From Raillietiella orientalis (lineage: Eukaryota): 64,000 nucleotides of DNA. A program made the position numbers and the translations under genes. The notes below the pieces were generated by a model that worked only from the letters and a program-made list of their open reading frames with translations, ran no database searches and had not been told where the DNA came from. Below, piece by piece: positions 38,591 through 50,999 of this stretch (its first letter is position 1; each line of letters begins with the position of its first letter). The stretch spans positions 744,001 to 808,000 of the forward strand of contig JAYWIR010000028.1 in NCBI GenBank assembly GCA_036172245.1. The letters are read 5' to 3'.

Positions 38591-41500
38591 TCAAGGGCGA
38601 TCATCTATGAAGTATTCTTCTTTCTTGCGGGAAGCCCTAGAGTCTCCCTGAAGTCTGTAGACTCCGACATTGGCCGAGGCCCTAACTTCCCCGTTGCTGT
38701 TGCTGGCGAGACAGATGTATGTTCCCGACATGCGCGGTTCCAAGCGCGTGATCTGGACCCATGAAGAAGTCATGTGCGATTCGGGACCTCCGCGATGCTG
38801 GACCGAGACGTGTGGGTAATCTCCTGAAAGGAAAAAGCGATAGAGGGCAGCATTGAATGACTCTATGCAGGGATGACCAGCTTGCCAGCAGCCGATCATT
38901 TACACCTTCCTTCTCCTTGCCTTCGTTCCCACTTTTTCCTCCTCACCTACTCTCCCTTGCTTCTTGAAATGCCTGAATGCAGTCCGACAGGGAAGGAAAA
39001 ACCTTCTCCACATGGCTGACAGATTTCAAATTTGCTCATGCTTTTTCTCTCCTGCTCCTGCCAGCTCATGGATTACCACTGACTTTGCTCTTCCGTGCTT
39101 GCTGTGGCTACCGATCGCGTGTTCTTTCACTTGCGAAGCTCCCTCACAAGAACGCACCCTCTCGAGAATCCCTCACACCATTGCCCCGCCACCCTGACCA
39201 CCTCAGCAGCGACAGCGTCGGAGCGATTCCGTTGAATCAGCATTAAAAAATTGCCGTCATATCCATCACCGTCACAGCATAAGCCGTCTTTGTGGCTATA
39301 CCACTGGTAGTGGCAGAGCAGGATGGTGGTGAAGATGCTCTCAATGGTGTCACGCGACTACTGGTGATATCAAAATGGCGTGATGACTATTCATATGAAT
39401 TCGAGCACTGTCGCGGATGGACTTGAGAATTCTCGAAGGAACAGAGTTTTCCGTGACTAGCAGCACTACGGAGGCAAATAAGATTGCTATTCCTTTAACC
39501 GGTGAGGGCATTGGAAACAGATCTTTGGAACTACCTCATAGGCGCATTAATTCGAGAAAGAATCACTGTCCAGTTGCTCAGGAAACACTGGAGGCAGGTC
39601 CAGCAGAAGAGAGGGTATGAAGCTGTTGCAGCAGCAAGAGCGAGTTTTCCCGCGCTTGCACTAGGAACGAATCTCGTCTCCTGAGAGCCAGAAAGAAGGT
39701 AACTGAGGCATCCGCGAAACGAATTCCAAGTTTTCGAGAAGAGCTAATCGGAAGAATAGGATGGCGGTCCGGGAAGACGGGTGAGAGGAATGGTATCCGG
39801 AAAAAGTTTCGGATGCACTAGACGAAATGCGCTTGGACGGTTGCATATGGGTGGACAGCAGAGAACGAAGCTTCTCTTATGGAAGTCACTCGAAGTTTCG
39901 AGAAGAAAAGAGAACTGGAATGAACTAGGTAGGAGCCGATTAGAACGTGAACGGCCTTGAACGCGTGAAAAATCCGAGACCCGTCGAAAAGAACGGGTCA
40001 CGCCCTAGCGCGGCCGTTGAAAAATTCGAAAAGCAACAACTACGACAGCAGCCGTTCTCGAATTTACCTGGAAGCTGAACTAATTCTCCATTCTCTTTGA
40101 TCAGTTCCCAAAAAATAACTGGGGTAGGATTCCCAACTGCTTCACAGGGGAGGCTGAAGTTGCCGTAGAATGGTTCGTATGTATCTTCAGGAGAAGTGAT
40201 GATCTTAGGCTCTGTTGGAAAGCTCATCAATCCCCCCCAAAATTGAGCTCAGTTCGAAGCAACGTACCACTTTTACAGGGTCCCCAATTATGAATTTGCG
40301 GATTCTTGTCACCTCTAAGAATAACCGCTTCTTTCCAAGCGCAAACTGTTGGGAACGTCTGATTGTCCATTCCGCAAACTTCGTATTTGTCCTTACAAGT
40401 GCAGTACGCTTCTGCAGGATCCTATTTAATGTATTCTGTTAGTTAATTGTGTTACATTTTGTGCTACAAGTGAAAAGGCCATCCAAGAGTTTTTTTTTTT
40501 TTTCTGTCTCTCTCTACGGGGATGGCAACACTGACACGGGCGTCCCAATTTAGATCAAGAATTATGCATCTTCCAAGAACGGTGGAGGAATGGGTGGGAA
40601 GGGTGTGGAAATTCGATAATGACCGAAAACAAACTTGAACTGGTAGGTTTTGCCTCTGTGCACCTAACCCCGCCTTCCCCCATCGCAGTGAGCAGGGAAA
40701 CACTTAAAGCGTACCCAGGCAGAGCAAGCGCGGTGTCAGCAGCTACCCAGACCTGACCAAACGCTGCAGCAGAACTTTGCTGCCGGCGGCCTCCCGCACC
40801 CCTTTCGCCCCCTGTCTTCTCAGACATCGACCGTTCCACAGCGGGGTCCCCGTGATTCTCACCAGGTGGAGCACGGAAGAAACGGTCGCAGGCACCGGAG
40901 AACCTCACCTCGAGACTCGGATGCTGCTGTTTCCGTCCCGTTCGAGATTTCACAAGCGGGGAAAAAAATAGAGGGCATGTTGCGAGCCTTTGGTCCGCAG
41001 CATGATTTTCAATTGGATTTTACGCCACGGGGTAGCTACGAGGCAGCTCCAGCGAGGACTGCAGCGACAGCAAAGTTGACAGGGAGGGAATGCTTTTTAT
41101 AGGACGGGAAAAATCGGCAACCACGCAGCACTCCTGGAATAAGAAAACCATCAGTAGAAAATTCAAGTTGCCGCTTCAAATAATTCCCATTCGGAATTGT
41201 GTGCAATTCGTGCAGGGTATGGCGTTTCGGATACCGGAAGCGCGATGCCCTGCCATACCTAAGAGCCAGAATGAAAACAGACACATCAGAGTTCAGGGCA
41301 CCATGGGAGAGGGAGCTCCCTAGCATTAACCTCGGATGACAAGGGAAGCAGAAGGGAAGATTTCGACCCTGTCCTCTCTGCCTTTCGTTCCCTAAGGCTG
41401 CCGCGAACGGAGGGAACGCGCACTCTGTTTACCGAGTGAGGCATCGCCGTACAACAAGCAGTTCCGCTCTATCGCAGCATCTGCATCCTCTGTCTCCATA

Positions 41501-44500
41501 GGCTGCTCGGTGTAAGGGTCGTAGGTTGGCGCACCCCGTAAGTATTCCCCCATGCGAGGCGCGCCAACTTGCCCACCTCACGTCATTCCCATCAGCCAAC
41601 AGCGACGCGAGCTTTCACGTTCGCGTCACGATAATTTATTCTGGCAAATTCCCTTCTAGAGGATTCTGGAACCTCAGTCGGCGAAAATTACAGCTTCCTG
41701 TGCAAAATTCGGAGGCGCTGCGCGGAGAAAAGCTGAGAAATGCGACGCGTCATCCGAATGCAATGTTTTCTTCGTCTGCCACATCCCTGCGAGATCCTTC
41801 CACCGTGCCAAAACGGGATGATTGCTTGTCGGCAGCTCGAAACGACGGGATGCTTCAAAGCGCTTTGATGATGCTCTTCTGGATGCATCATCTGCAGAAA
41901 TTGGAATAAACAAACCGAACGGCCATCGTGAGCACAGAGTCAGTCATCCACAAATGTATAGGTATTTATTTGTGCATGCGTATACGTGACGTGCCTAATT
42001 TTTCGATTGGAATTTTTCTTTCTTCATTACCATGTAGTGCTTCAACAAGGAGAGGTGCCACTGCACGTAGTGATTACGCGTGTTCTTCTAAGAATTGCCA
42101 ATAGTGTACCAAAAAATTCAGTTCACTTTAAGGTACAAGAGTTCGGGGAACTTGGACAAATGCCCTTCCTGCGGATCCTATCCTTCGAACCTACTTTTTG
42201 GTTACTTTGGCCATCCGCCTTAACCTCTCGGATGACGCAGCGGCTCCGTTGCACGAAACTGGATAACCTTGCTGTCGGCACTTTTTTGGTCACAACGGAC
42301 CTCAGGTAGCCCACAGCTGCTCTACAGTGTAACGTAGGCACTGTGCCTTCTAAGAGCCAGAATGAAAACGAAGACTCATCAGAGTTCAGGGCACCATGGG
42401 AGAGGGAGCTCGCTAGCATTAACCTCGGATGGCAAGGGAAGCAGAAGGGAAGATTTCGACCCTGTCCTCTCTGCCTTTCGTTCCCTAAGGCTGCCGCGAA
42501 CGGAGGGCAGCTTTCACCGTTTCTGGAACTCCTCCTTCAAGAACAGGAAGCAGGAATGTGATCCAAATGATGTTTCGAATGAATCGTGGGAGAACTCTTC
42601 CGTCCCCTTTCTTTCTGATAAATAGCTTGCTGCAGGGGCCTCACGAAGGGTGTGGGGTCGACTTTTCTCTTTCGCAAGTCTCGAACGAAGCTTCTCGCAG
42701 TTCGAGGATCTGAAATTCGCACACAGAGTCACACGTCGGTCAATCCTAGAGAAGTGACATGTCTGGTAGCCTTTGACACACCCGGAGTGTGCGGGGGCGC
42801 ACAGAGCCGGCTGAGACGGGAAACTGCTGAGCAAGGCCATCCTCGTGAGGCTCCGCAGCCAGGAAACGAAACTCTGTTGCTCTTCTGTTTATTTACGAAT
42901 ATGTGCTTTCACTTTGCTTGCAGCCAAAATATCCAAAAGGGAGATGGCAATCCGCCAAGACGTGGGAACTTCCGATGCACGCAACACATCGCCGGCGAAA
43001 GCATATCGCTATGAGCACCGACAGTTTGGCTTCCTTTATGAGCTTTATGAGCGGAACTTGGCGGGGATGCGCGAGTGAAGACGCAAAAAGATCCAGCGCC
43101 ACGGGATGGTCTTATCTCTCGAAGACACGGTATGCTTCCCTGAGCACGCCTTCGATTTGATGCCCTTAGATGTTTCTCCGTCGTCGCAAAGCGGGAAAAG
43201 GGCGAAGAGATTTGCGAAGGGAAACTCTCGCTCGTCACGTGGTAATCAAAGAGCGGTCTTCCGCTATCTGAAAGCACTAACAGCGAAGTCTTTTGCCTGA
43301 GAAGAATGCGCGAGCACCTTCGAGATCCTCAAGAAGGATGCAAAGAAGAGCGGAAGTGTTGGCAAAGTTCTCTCAAATGAAGGGCGGCGTAGCGTTCGAT
43401 TCACGGGGCAAGCAGCGAAAGATGGAAACACAGCAGAGAAGAAAGGATATCACAGCTAATTTTTCAGGGGAATTTTTCAAGGAATCGAGACTCCAAGTCC
43501 TTAAACTCATACCAAGGGTCAAAGGGAACGGAATCAGACCGGAGGAGGAGGAATTTACTGAGCTGCTTCGTGTGCAATCTTGAAACTTCCTCCTGTGAGC
43601 TGAAGCAGAGTATCTCAGAAACGCTGGGCAGGGGTTTCGAAGGCATTCCATTCAGTGGACGCTGCGCTGGACCACTGGAGCCTTGTCGACTTCGTCAGCG
43701 TTCTCGAACGTCGATTCCTAAGGAGCGAGAGAGCTTCTCACAGCTCGCAGGGGAACGGGCTACTTCTTGAATCGCCTCATTCAACCCGGGGACCACCGGC
43801 AATTTCGAGCGTACAGAACCCACAGAGCATACCTACGTGGTACGGGGGCAAGAAGAGCTCGCGGGCGAGGAAAGACCAAAGGGTCCTCGTAGGGCGGTTC
43901 GATTGCTCAGGGCGAAAGGGGCCGACTCCCGCTTCGTGCTGGCTGCTCCGGCTGCAGCAGAAGGTGCAAGCCTTTTCCTTGCGCGTTAGCGATAAATGAT
44001 TTCCGACGATTGTGGGCTCCGCGGTGAGCAGCCTGACCATCGGCGACTACACTTTGACCTTAGAACCAAAAGGCCGAGAAGCGATGAGCAGCCTGACCAT
44101 CGGCGAGAGGAGTAGAAACGGATACCGACGACGGGAACGACGAAACTCTCGCAGCCGAAGATCAGCTCTGGAAGATCCACAGCTGCACACCCGTGTCATG
44201 CACGCGGCGTGCATACGAAGCGCACACCTCTGAACGCTGGTCACAAGGTCCACCCGCGTGATGGCCGCGTCCCCTCCCGAGCTGTGAGATCACGGAGGCC
44301 GAGCTCCTGCGCACGGACCGTTTTCCTATGGAGAGAGCCGAGTCGATCTTCCCAAAACTTTCGACAAAGGGAAGGACGCTTTCGTAGAGGGGACCAATCA
44401 GTGATGATTTTCCAAGAGTCGGGCAGGCAGTCGGAAGCTGGGGCTCATCGCCAGCTGGCGCCTCCCCATAGGGTCTCCTGGATCCGCTGCGGGGATCGGA

Positions 44501-47500
44501 AGAGGAGAGCCGCACGTGCTGGCAGCAAGAACCGGCGGAGAGCCTCACGCAAAATGGTCTTCCGTCGCGAATCATCTTCTCCGGATCACATCCCTTCGGA
44601 GCCTACTCACGCTCGCTTCACAGACGATTCTTTTCTGATGCTGCTGACTGGTGGCAGCAAGAAAGGGGAGCGACACAGGAATAGCCCCCCCCCAAAATGC
44701 CTCAGCCTGCGATGGAGGGATAGCTCATCCTCCTTTTGCGCTCCCTAATGCACGCGTCAGCGCTCAAATCGACGCTGCAGCATTCGCGAAAAAGATCGGA
44801 AAGCGAGCGATGGGTGTCAACGCCGCGGGGGAGAGGAGGCATCCCTGCAACCTTTCTCCGAAACGAACCACGCAGGAAGGAATTTCAGTGAACCGAAGGG
44901 ATGTACTTCTTGGGGCTGCGGGTGGGTTGCGTGTTCGACAGAACAGCCTCCCACGGAGTTCCGGTCCGGAAAGCATTGAGCGAAGCGGAAAGGGGGGGAG
45001 AGGGAGCTGAGGAGAATGATCAGGAATCGTTGACCTTCCGGGATCATCTGCTTGCCCTCCCCCTTCAGGAATCCCAAGTAAAGTTCTTGGAGGAGCGCAA
45101 CGTTCTCAAGGAGGCATCTGAATCACCGGATCCTCAGTAGCTCTTCGACACCATCACAGATGCTGCTTTTCGGCTCCTCTTTGACTGTTTTTTTTTTTTT
45201 TTTCGGAAGGGAGAAAGGGGCCTTGCGAAAGAAAAAAAAAGTCTTTTGCCCTTCCTTGCAAATACAAATTTTGGGCACGAAAGAGACGGATGGCTTCAGG
45301 CAAACCAGCCCGGGGTAACGCTTTCCCCCCCCCCCTTTCCGATCCGGGGATGGGGGGAGGACATTTTCGCTGGCTGCGATGAAAACGGAAGAGGACTTCG
45401 CGTTTTTTTTTTTTTTTTTTTTCATCCCGGCTCCCCCTCTCCTCCCCTTCCTCCCGAAACCCGCATCCACAAAGGGCAGCATAAATTACGACTCCCGAGA
45501 AGCACGCAACGAGGGCTCGGGAAATGCAGGGAGTTGCGTGTCGTTCGGCACAGAGCACGGCGGCGGCGGGGGTGCGCGCGCTCGCGTGCACGACAAGGCT
45601 GGGTGGGATCAGCGGAGGACGGAGCCATCCCGAAAGGGAGCGGGGGACCGATTCCTGGTTCTCCCCATCAAGGGAAGCTGGAAAAAAAAAGGGTGGTGGA
45701 GAGGGGTCCCCGGAACAACAACAACAACAAAAAAAAAGCGCACGAGCTGGCAGCCGCCGCCTTCGCGCTCTCCGCTGCAGCAGATTGTTCTCGTGACCTT
45801 GAAATCCATCCCGCATTCCGGGTAAGCTTACCATCGCTGTACACGAGTTGGCCACCCCCTGCGGAGAGGCTTCAACCTGTTGGTTGCAGGGGGGTCACTC
45901 CCCCCCCCCCGTCCCCGGCACTTCCTCCGTGCGTAAGACGCAACGCACTCCATGGGCCGCCTCCGCTCCCGTCCGCAAGGAGGGGCTCCCTCGCCTGTTC
46001 CTACGCCAACCTCGACCCGTCCACATCAGCAGCAAAACGGGGGGGAGGGGAGGGAGGGGAAAAAAGTACTAGACGGAGGCTGGTCACAGCAGATGACCGG
46101 AGGCGCTCAAAATTGGGCCGCCCTTTCCTGCTCGGGGAGTAGCCGCGACTGCCGACCCCGATGGAGAGTCCCTCCCCTCTTGTTTACCGCGTGATGGAGA
46201 GGAGGAACCTGTGCCAAGAGAAGATACCAGAACACGCCGTCTCAGGTTACCGCTCCTGGCTGGCGGCAGCAGATGCACGCCGCCACCGTCGGGGCGGGAG
46301 GATCGGGTAACAGAGATGCGGATACGTCCCCGTTTCGGAAAGGGAGGATGCTGAGGGTCGCTTCGCAGCGACCCGCATGCCCTGTTCCATAGGCGCACGG
46401 AGGGGGGTGGGGGCTGCCCGCGTCCCCGCTGCGCGCGCGAACGGAAGCGACCTCGCGAGGCGACGGGGGCGTCCCTAGGCACCGACTCTGCGCGCCGCAG
46501 GCGTGGAATCCCGGGCCCCACGTGATGCGCAGGATGGCGCTTCCCTTCCGGCAGACTTTGGGAGAGGCAGATGAGACCTTGGGAGCGCCTACCGCGCTCC
46601 CCTCCGAGCGCGTCGGACCACACCTTCCCGAGACATCACGGCCCCTCTCGAAAAAGAGCACGGGAGGAGCTCGAGCAGAAATTTCGGCTCCTACGAGAGC
46701 AGACTCCGGAGACGGAAAGGGTTCGGGGGCCACCGAGGCCACGCTGGAAATGAATCCCGCACTTGAAAGGAGAGGTACGCGATCACCCTGACTAGAGTTG
46801 ACCCCTCAATCCCCCTGCCCCCTGCCCCCCTCGTTTCGCGTCTTTTCGCGCGTGCTCGCAAGCAGAACGCATGCGGCCTTATTCTCCGCTGGATCCAGAC
46901 CTTCGCCGGCCGATCGTCACGCAGGTGGGCAGGGAAAAGGGGGACAAAAGAGGGGAAAGGGGGGGAGAAGGAGAGAGGGGGGAAGAGGTGGACGCGCTCC
47001 GGAAAGCTTCATTGTTTTGTTTCGGCAAGAAACAGGGAACGTAGGAAGAGCGAGCTGAGCCTGGAGACGCGGCTGGAGGCTCCTCCCGCTCGTGAGGATG
47101 CGCGGCGGGACCCGCACATCCTCAGGGGTGAGGGTGAATGAGGGGGGTCTCGGGGCGATCATCGGTATTCGGAAAGCAGGCGGGGACGGCAAAGGCCTGC
47201 TGCCCCTTTCGACGCTCACACGAGCAGGAAGGGCGCTTTCCTCGCATAGACAGCAGTGGCATTTCCGGGACCTCTAGGCGTGGCACGCTTGTGGGCGCCC
47301 TTCCCGCCCACGATCACGCCGTTCGCCTGGACGAAAGTGGTGGAGCCGGGATCACGTATGGAATTCCACAGGTCCGGACCCCTTCTCCTACCCCTTCCCG
47401 CCCTCCTGAACTGATCACCGTTCGCCACAAAGACGGGGGAGGGGAGGGAGCAAGGAGGCTGGAGAAGGAATTGTGTAAGAGGTGCTCCCTCAGAGATCAC

Positions 47501-48153
47501 ACTATGTCGACCCCCCTGACCTCCTCTTTCTCCTCCTCTTTGACTTCCCTTCGGGTTACCGGAGCTGGACTCTCCAGCGTGAAGAGAGGGAGGGTGTCGA
47601 ACAAGCAGGGGAAGGATGACTCGGCGAGCATCCCAATCCCCTAGCCCCCTCAAAAAAAAAAAAAAGGCACTCCCAACAAGTCCCCCCGTTAGATCCTTAC
47701 ACTGTCGCTGCTTTCCAGGCGCTCGCGGCATTCCAGGTGCTCCCCGCACGACCCGTGCCGGCCCTTGCGGCTTGGCTCGGAGTCTGAAACGTCGCACTTT
47801 TCGCCTTCCCTCCGGCCGCACACCTCGCAGCAGCCACACAGGTCAGTGACCACTCCCGCCGGACAGATCTCCTCGAGAGCCGGGCACGCCCACGGCACGC
47901 AGGGTCCGCAGGCCAGCGTCTCCCCTTCCTCCTCCTCCTCTTCCTCCCTAGGCTTTAAGACTCTGTCATCTTCGCGCTGTTGCTGCTGCTTTCCGAAGTT
48001 CGCGCCGTTGAGGCCCGGGTCGTCCACGCCGTCCCAGTACTCCTGGGCGTCGTCGGTCAGATCCCCTCGCTTGTGGATCCACACCAAGCACAGAGCCGTC
48101 GACAAAACGGAAGCGAAGCACAGCAGGCGCGTCACGCAGCAAAGGACCGCCAT
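38591..48153 (-). CDS. Insulin-like growth factor-binding protein-related protein (IGFBP7/IGFBP-rP1-like; IB-Kazal-Ig), 327 aa
   Basis: Exon 1 48153-47701: signal peptide MAVLCCVTRLLCFASVLSTALC, IB domain CGPC..C..CPAGVVTDLCGCCEVC..C..CGEHLEC, donor GTAAGG. Exon 2 40421-40268: Kazal CTCKDKYEVCGMDNQTFPTVCAW..WGPC, absent from the ORF track. Exon 3 40211-40068: Ig first half PKIITSP..LPCEAVGNPTPVIFW. Exon 4 38823-38591: Ig second half VQHRGGP..WVQI..SGTYICLASNSNG. Phases 0, 1, 1 join to 984 nt. Confidence 0.93.
41259..41414 (+). repeat. ~156-bp direct repeat, copy 1 (IGFBP intron 1)
   Basis: CTAAGAGCCAGAATGAAAAC...CCGCGAACGGAGGG is nearly identical to 42350-42507. Confidence 0.95.
42350..42507 (+). 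repeat. ~158-bp direct repeat, copy 2
   Basis: Differs from copy 1 by a small indel and a few substitutions. Confidence 0.95.
43050..44480 (+). mobile_element. Degenerate RTE-like LINE RT remnant in IGFBP intron 1
   Basis: RKGPTPASCWLLRLQQKVQAFSLRV..DDCGLRGEQPD..FDLR (KGD...C.NYR.ISLL....KV....RL..Q.GFR.GR...D..F.LR), followed by DQLWKI. Confidence 0.45.
44480..47620 (-). mobile_element. Degenerate DIRS-type (tyrosine recombinase) retrotransposon in IGFBP intron 1
   Basis: Ordered remnants: RT (GAP..SPVFVANGD..R..DLWNS; FTLTPEDVRVPPRILTS), RNase H (VWSDA..; LRITW..FHA), the methyltransferase-like YFFPSLPPPVL (Y.FPP..I..VL) and recombinase-like ELLRIR / LSLHRRLR. This order is characteristic of DIRS. 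Confidence 0.5.
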
Positions 48154-48999
48154 CCCGCTCGTCCGACCGCCGCTGCGCTTCTGCCTGGAAGCGCGCAGCT
48201 CCTCCGCTCCCGTGGTCTCGCACGGTGAGGAGGTTAAAAATAGTCGTCGCTTTCGCACGCGCCTCCGCCGCCATCTTGTTCTGTTGTCGCCACGGTTGCT
48301 GTTGGGGCTGCCGGCTCTGTCCTGGCTTCCTTCTCTTGTGACGTCGCTCTTTCTCTGTTTCCCCTCCTCCTCCTTCTGCCCACCTCCGGATGACGCGGAA
48401 AGGCAAGGAGAAGGGCAAGCCGAGGTGTGGGGGGGGGGGAGGGAGGGAGGGAGTGGAACCTTCCTTCCTCCTCATCTCGCTGCAGCATCTCTCTTTCCCG
48501 CCCTCCGAAGAGAGACTTCGTCCGAAAGACCCGCTTTCCAGCGCATGCTTCCTCCCTCCCTCCACCTCCTCCTTTCCCACCATTCGCCGCGCTGGGAGGG
48601 AGAGAGGACAATCGGCGAGAATTCTCGGAAGGGAACCTGGGACTCGTCCGTTACGGGGAAACTCCCCAAGAAGGGAGGAGATCGGGAGGAATCTCTCTCC
48701 CCAAGCCAGAGAGATTCCGGGAACCGACGCGGAGCGCATGAGAGCGGGCACTGGAAGAAAAGCTGCGAGCGGACTGCTTCCAAAGAGCAGGTCCGGAGGA
48801 CTCTCCCGTCTCCTCCACCAGATCTTAATTGGACAGATCCTCTTCCCTCCGGTCTTCTCCTCGCCCTTGCCATGGGAGGGCGTTTCTAGCAGAAAAAGTC
48901 GCTTTCCCCTTTTCCTTCGATTCCTTCTCCCCTGCCTGGACTCCTGACTTCCTTCCCGAAGAGACAGAGTTCTCCCGCCAACTGCCTCCTCCCCTCCTC

Positions 49000-50300
49000 C
49001 GAACAGGGGGGGCGGAATCGGAACTCACGAGAGAAGATGGTGTTTTGGAGAATGAGGGATTCCACCCTCGCTCTCGTGTCCGCCGAAAGGCACAAACATC
49101 CAACGGAGAATGCTTTCCTCTCCCTGCGCCCACCCACCCTCTTCCCCAGCAGAGGATGGGCGCACCACCCAATTCAGGGAGGGTACTTCTCGCTGAAACT
49201 TTGCGGTATTTCCATGAAGGATCAGGCGTAATGAGGAGTAGAAGAGAAGGGGGAGAGAGAGGATGCTCGCAAATCGCTGGCAGGAGAGAAGGAGGGGACT
49301 TTCAGAGGTTCAGAGCGCATCATCTTGCGTTCGATCAGCTGTGAATTGAAATTTGGGGTTCTATTCGTCGAGTGCTGTAAAGAGTGTCTGCATCCGCTCA
49401 TTATTCTGCTTGATACTTGAGAAAACCTTCGCCTGGAGGATGGAGGATGCTGTGGACCTCGACGACTGCCGCGATGCATGCCGAGCCCAGAGGGAATCCC
49501 TCAGGGTGCTCCCTCGTTCGCCCTCACTTCCTTACCTTCTTCTCCTCTCCTTGTTTCCTCTTCCAGGTTCATTTCACAGTCATCGCTCAAGAGAGAAGTC
49601 TCCCGTCTGCAGCCTCTCCTCAGGAAGGACCTCAGGGACGAACGATACCGAATGAGAGAGACGGCATGCAAAGGCGGAACTCTTTACGAGGGCGCAGAGT
49701 GCAAGGCAGAATCCTCGATGGAGTCTGTTGGTAAGCGACTGAGCTTTCCGGACAGAGCTGAAGAATCGAAGAGGGCGGTGGACGAATAGGGGATTTCCTT
49801 GCGAGAGAGAGAATCCAGAGGAAGAAAAAAGGGAGAAAGGATCCACTACTCTGTCCAACCTACCAGGAATGGATCTGGGAAGTGTGTGCAAGGAAAGAGG
49901 GTACCCCAACTTGGAGATCGGAGAGCGCAGCCCCAAGGTCATTCTGCCGCCGGGTTTCCGTTAGTTTCAGATGATACCCCTCCGGTCTGGACCTGCCTTC
50001 GCATATGCACGCGCCGCTGCCTGCCGTAATATCCATTACTTCCCCACGATTTCTCTGAAGTGCTATAGGATCCATTTCTGCTGTAAGAGCTTATATGTAT
50101 AAAATCTCATAGCAGAAATGAGCGACTTTTGCTCTGGTTCTGCTTTTGTTCAGCTTGAAACAGGTAAATTGATGGAGTGAACAGATGGAGAGGAAGCAAG
50201 TACCAAACGATAGCAATAGGCTTGCTGCACTTGAAAACTAAGAAAGGTGATAAACGGAATCTCCATCGTCACATCCGAATGCACAGGACGAGGACGAGAA
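49000..50300 (+). mobile_element. Degenerate non-LTR RT fragment
   Basis: LAFDQL..IRRVL followed by EGIPQGAPS (KAFD.V ... GIPQG.PLS). Confidence 0.4.
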
Positions 50301-50999
50301 AGCTAATGTCATATACCATAGTCGGAATGCTATTTATTGTGTGAGGTCAGATGCCAATATTTAACAGTTTTGGAGACAATTCTTAGAAAAGCAGGAAAAT
50401 TCGAGCACTCCCTTATTATTTGTTACCCGGTCATGATGGGAATAATGCTGAGTACCGTGTGGTCGGTACACTCCCTTCCCTACTTATTTATTCATTGTCC
50501 CTCCCTCCGTTTGTCCCTAGCTCTGTTCCCGCAATGGTAGTTCCTTTGGGAACGGACCGACACATCTTGGTCTCTAACTGTATTTTATTTTTTTTAAACG
50601 TATTTATTTTAAATAAATGGCGCAGATATCCGAGATGAGAAGGTCACGGCAGGGATGTTCATTTGCATGCATATGAAATACTTAAACCAGCTAGCAGGAA
50701 GGCTCGCAACACAGCCACGCATCCACTACGGGAAGGGATTGGTTTCAAACCGCTCGAGCAGGGACACTTATTCAAAAATAAAAACATACATTCACATGCC
50801 CTAGAGGCGCGAGCCCGGGAACACCGACATGCAGGTCTGTAGTCGAGAGAAACATGCGCTCAGTAAAGGGGGATTAAAGGGGCAGTTGGGAACGGGAAGG
50901 GGTGGTCGAGGGAACGGAAAGATGAAGCAATAAGAAAATGAACAAATAAATAAAAAATATGTGGTGGAGGAGTGAGGAAAGCCCCGGGATCGCAGATCG

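Noticed and set aside
39250..39620. Gypsy RT-like snippet (INAPMR*FQRSVSNALTG) in IGFBP intron 3
   Set aside because: A single degenerate motif with no recognisable YxDD.
44025..44106. Exact 22-bp direct repeat TGAGCAGCCTGACCATCGGCGA with a 38-bp spacer (CRISPR-like geometry)
   Set aside because: Only two copies, no cas genes, and it lies in a eukaryotic intron inside a LINE remnant; best explained as a local duplication.
45246..46142. 298-aa plus-strand ORF
   Set aside because: Runs through homopolymer tracts antisense to the DIRS-like remnant; no coherent protein features.
47765..48889. 374-aa plus-strand ORF
   Set aside because: Antisense to IGFBP exon 1 and its GC-rich upstream region.
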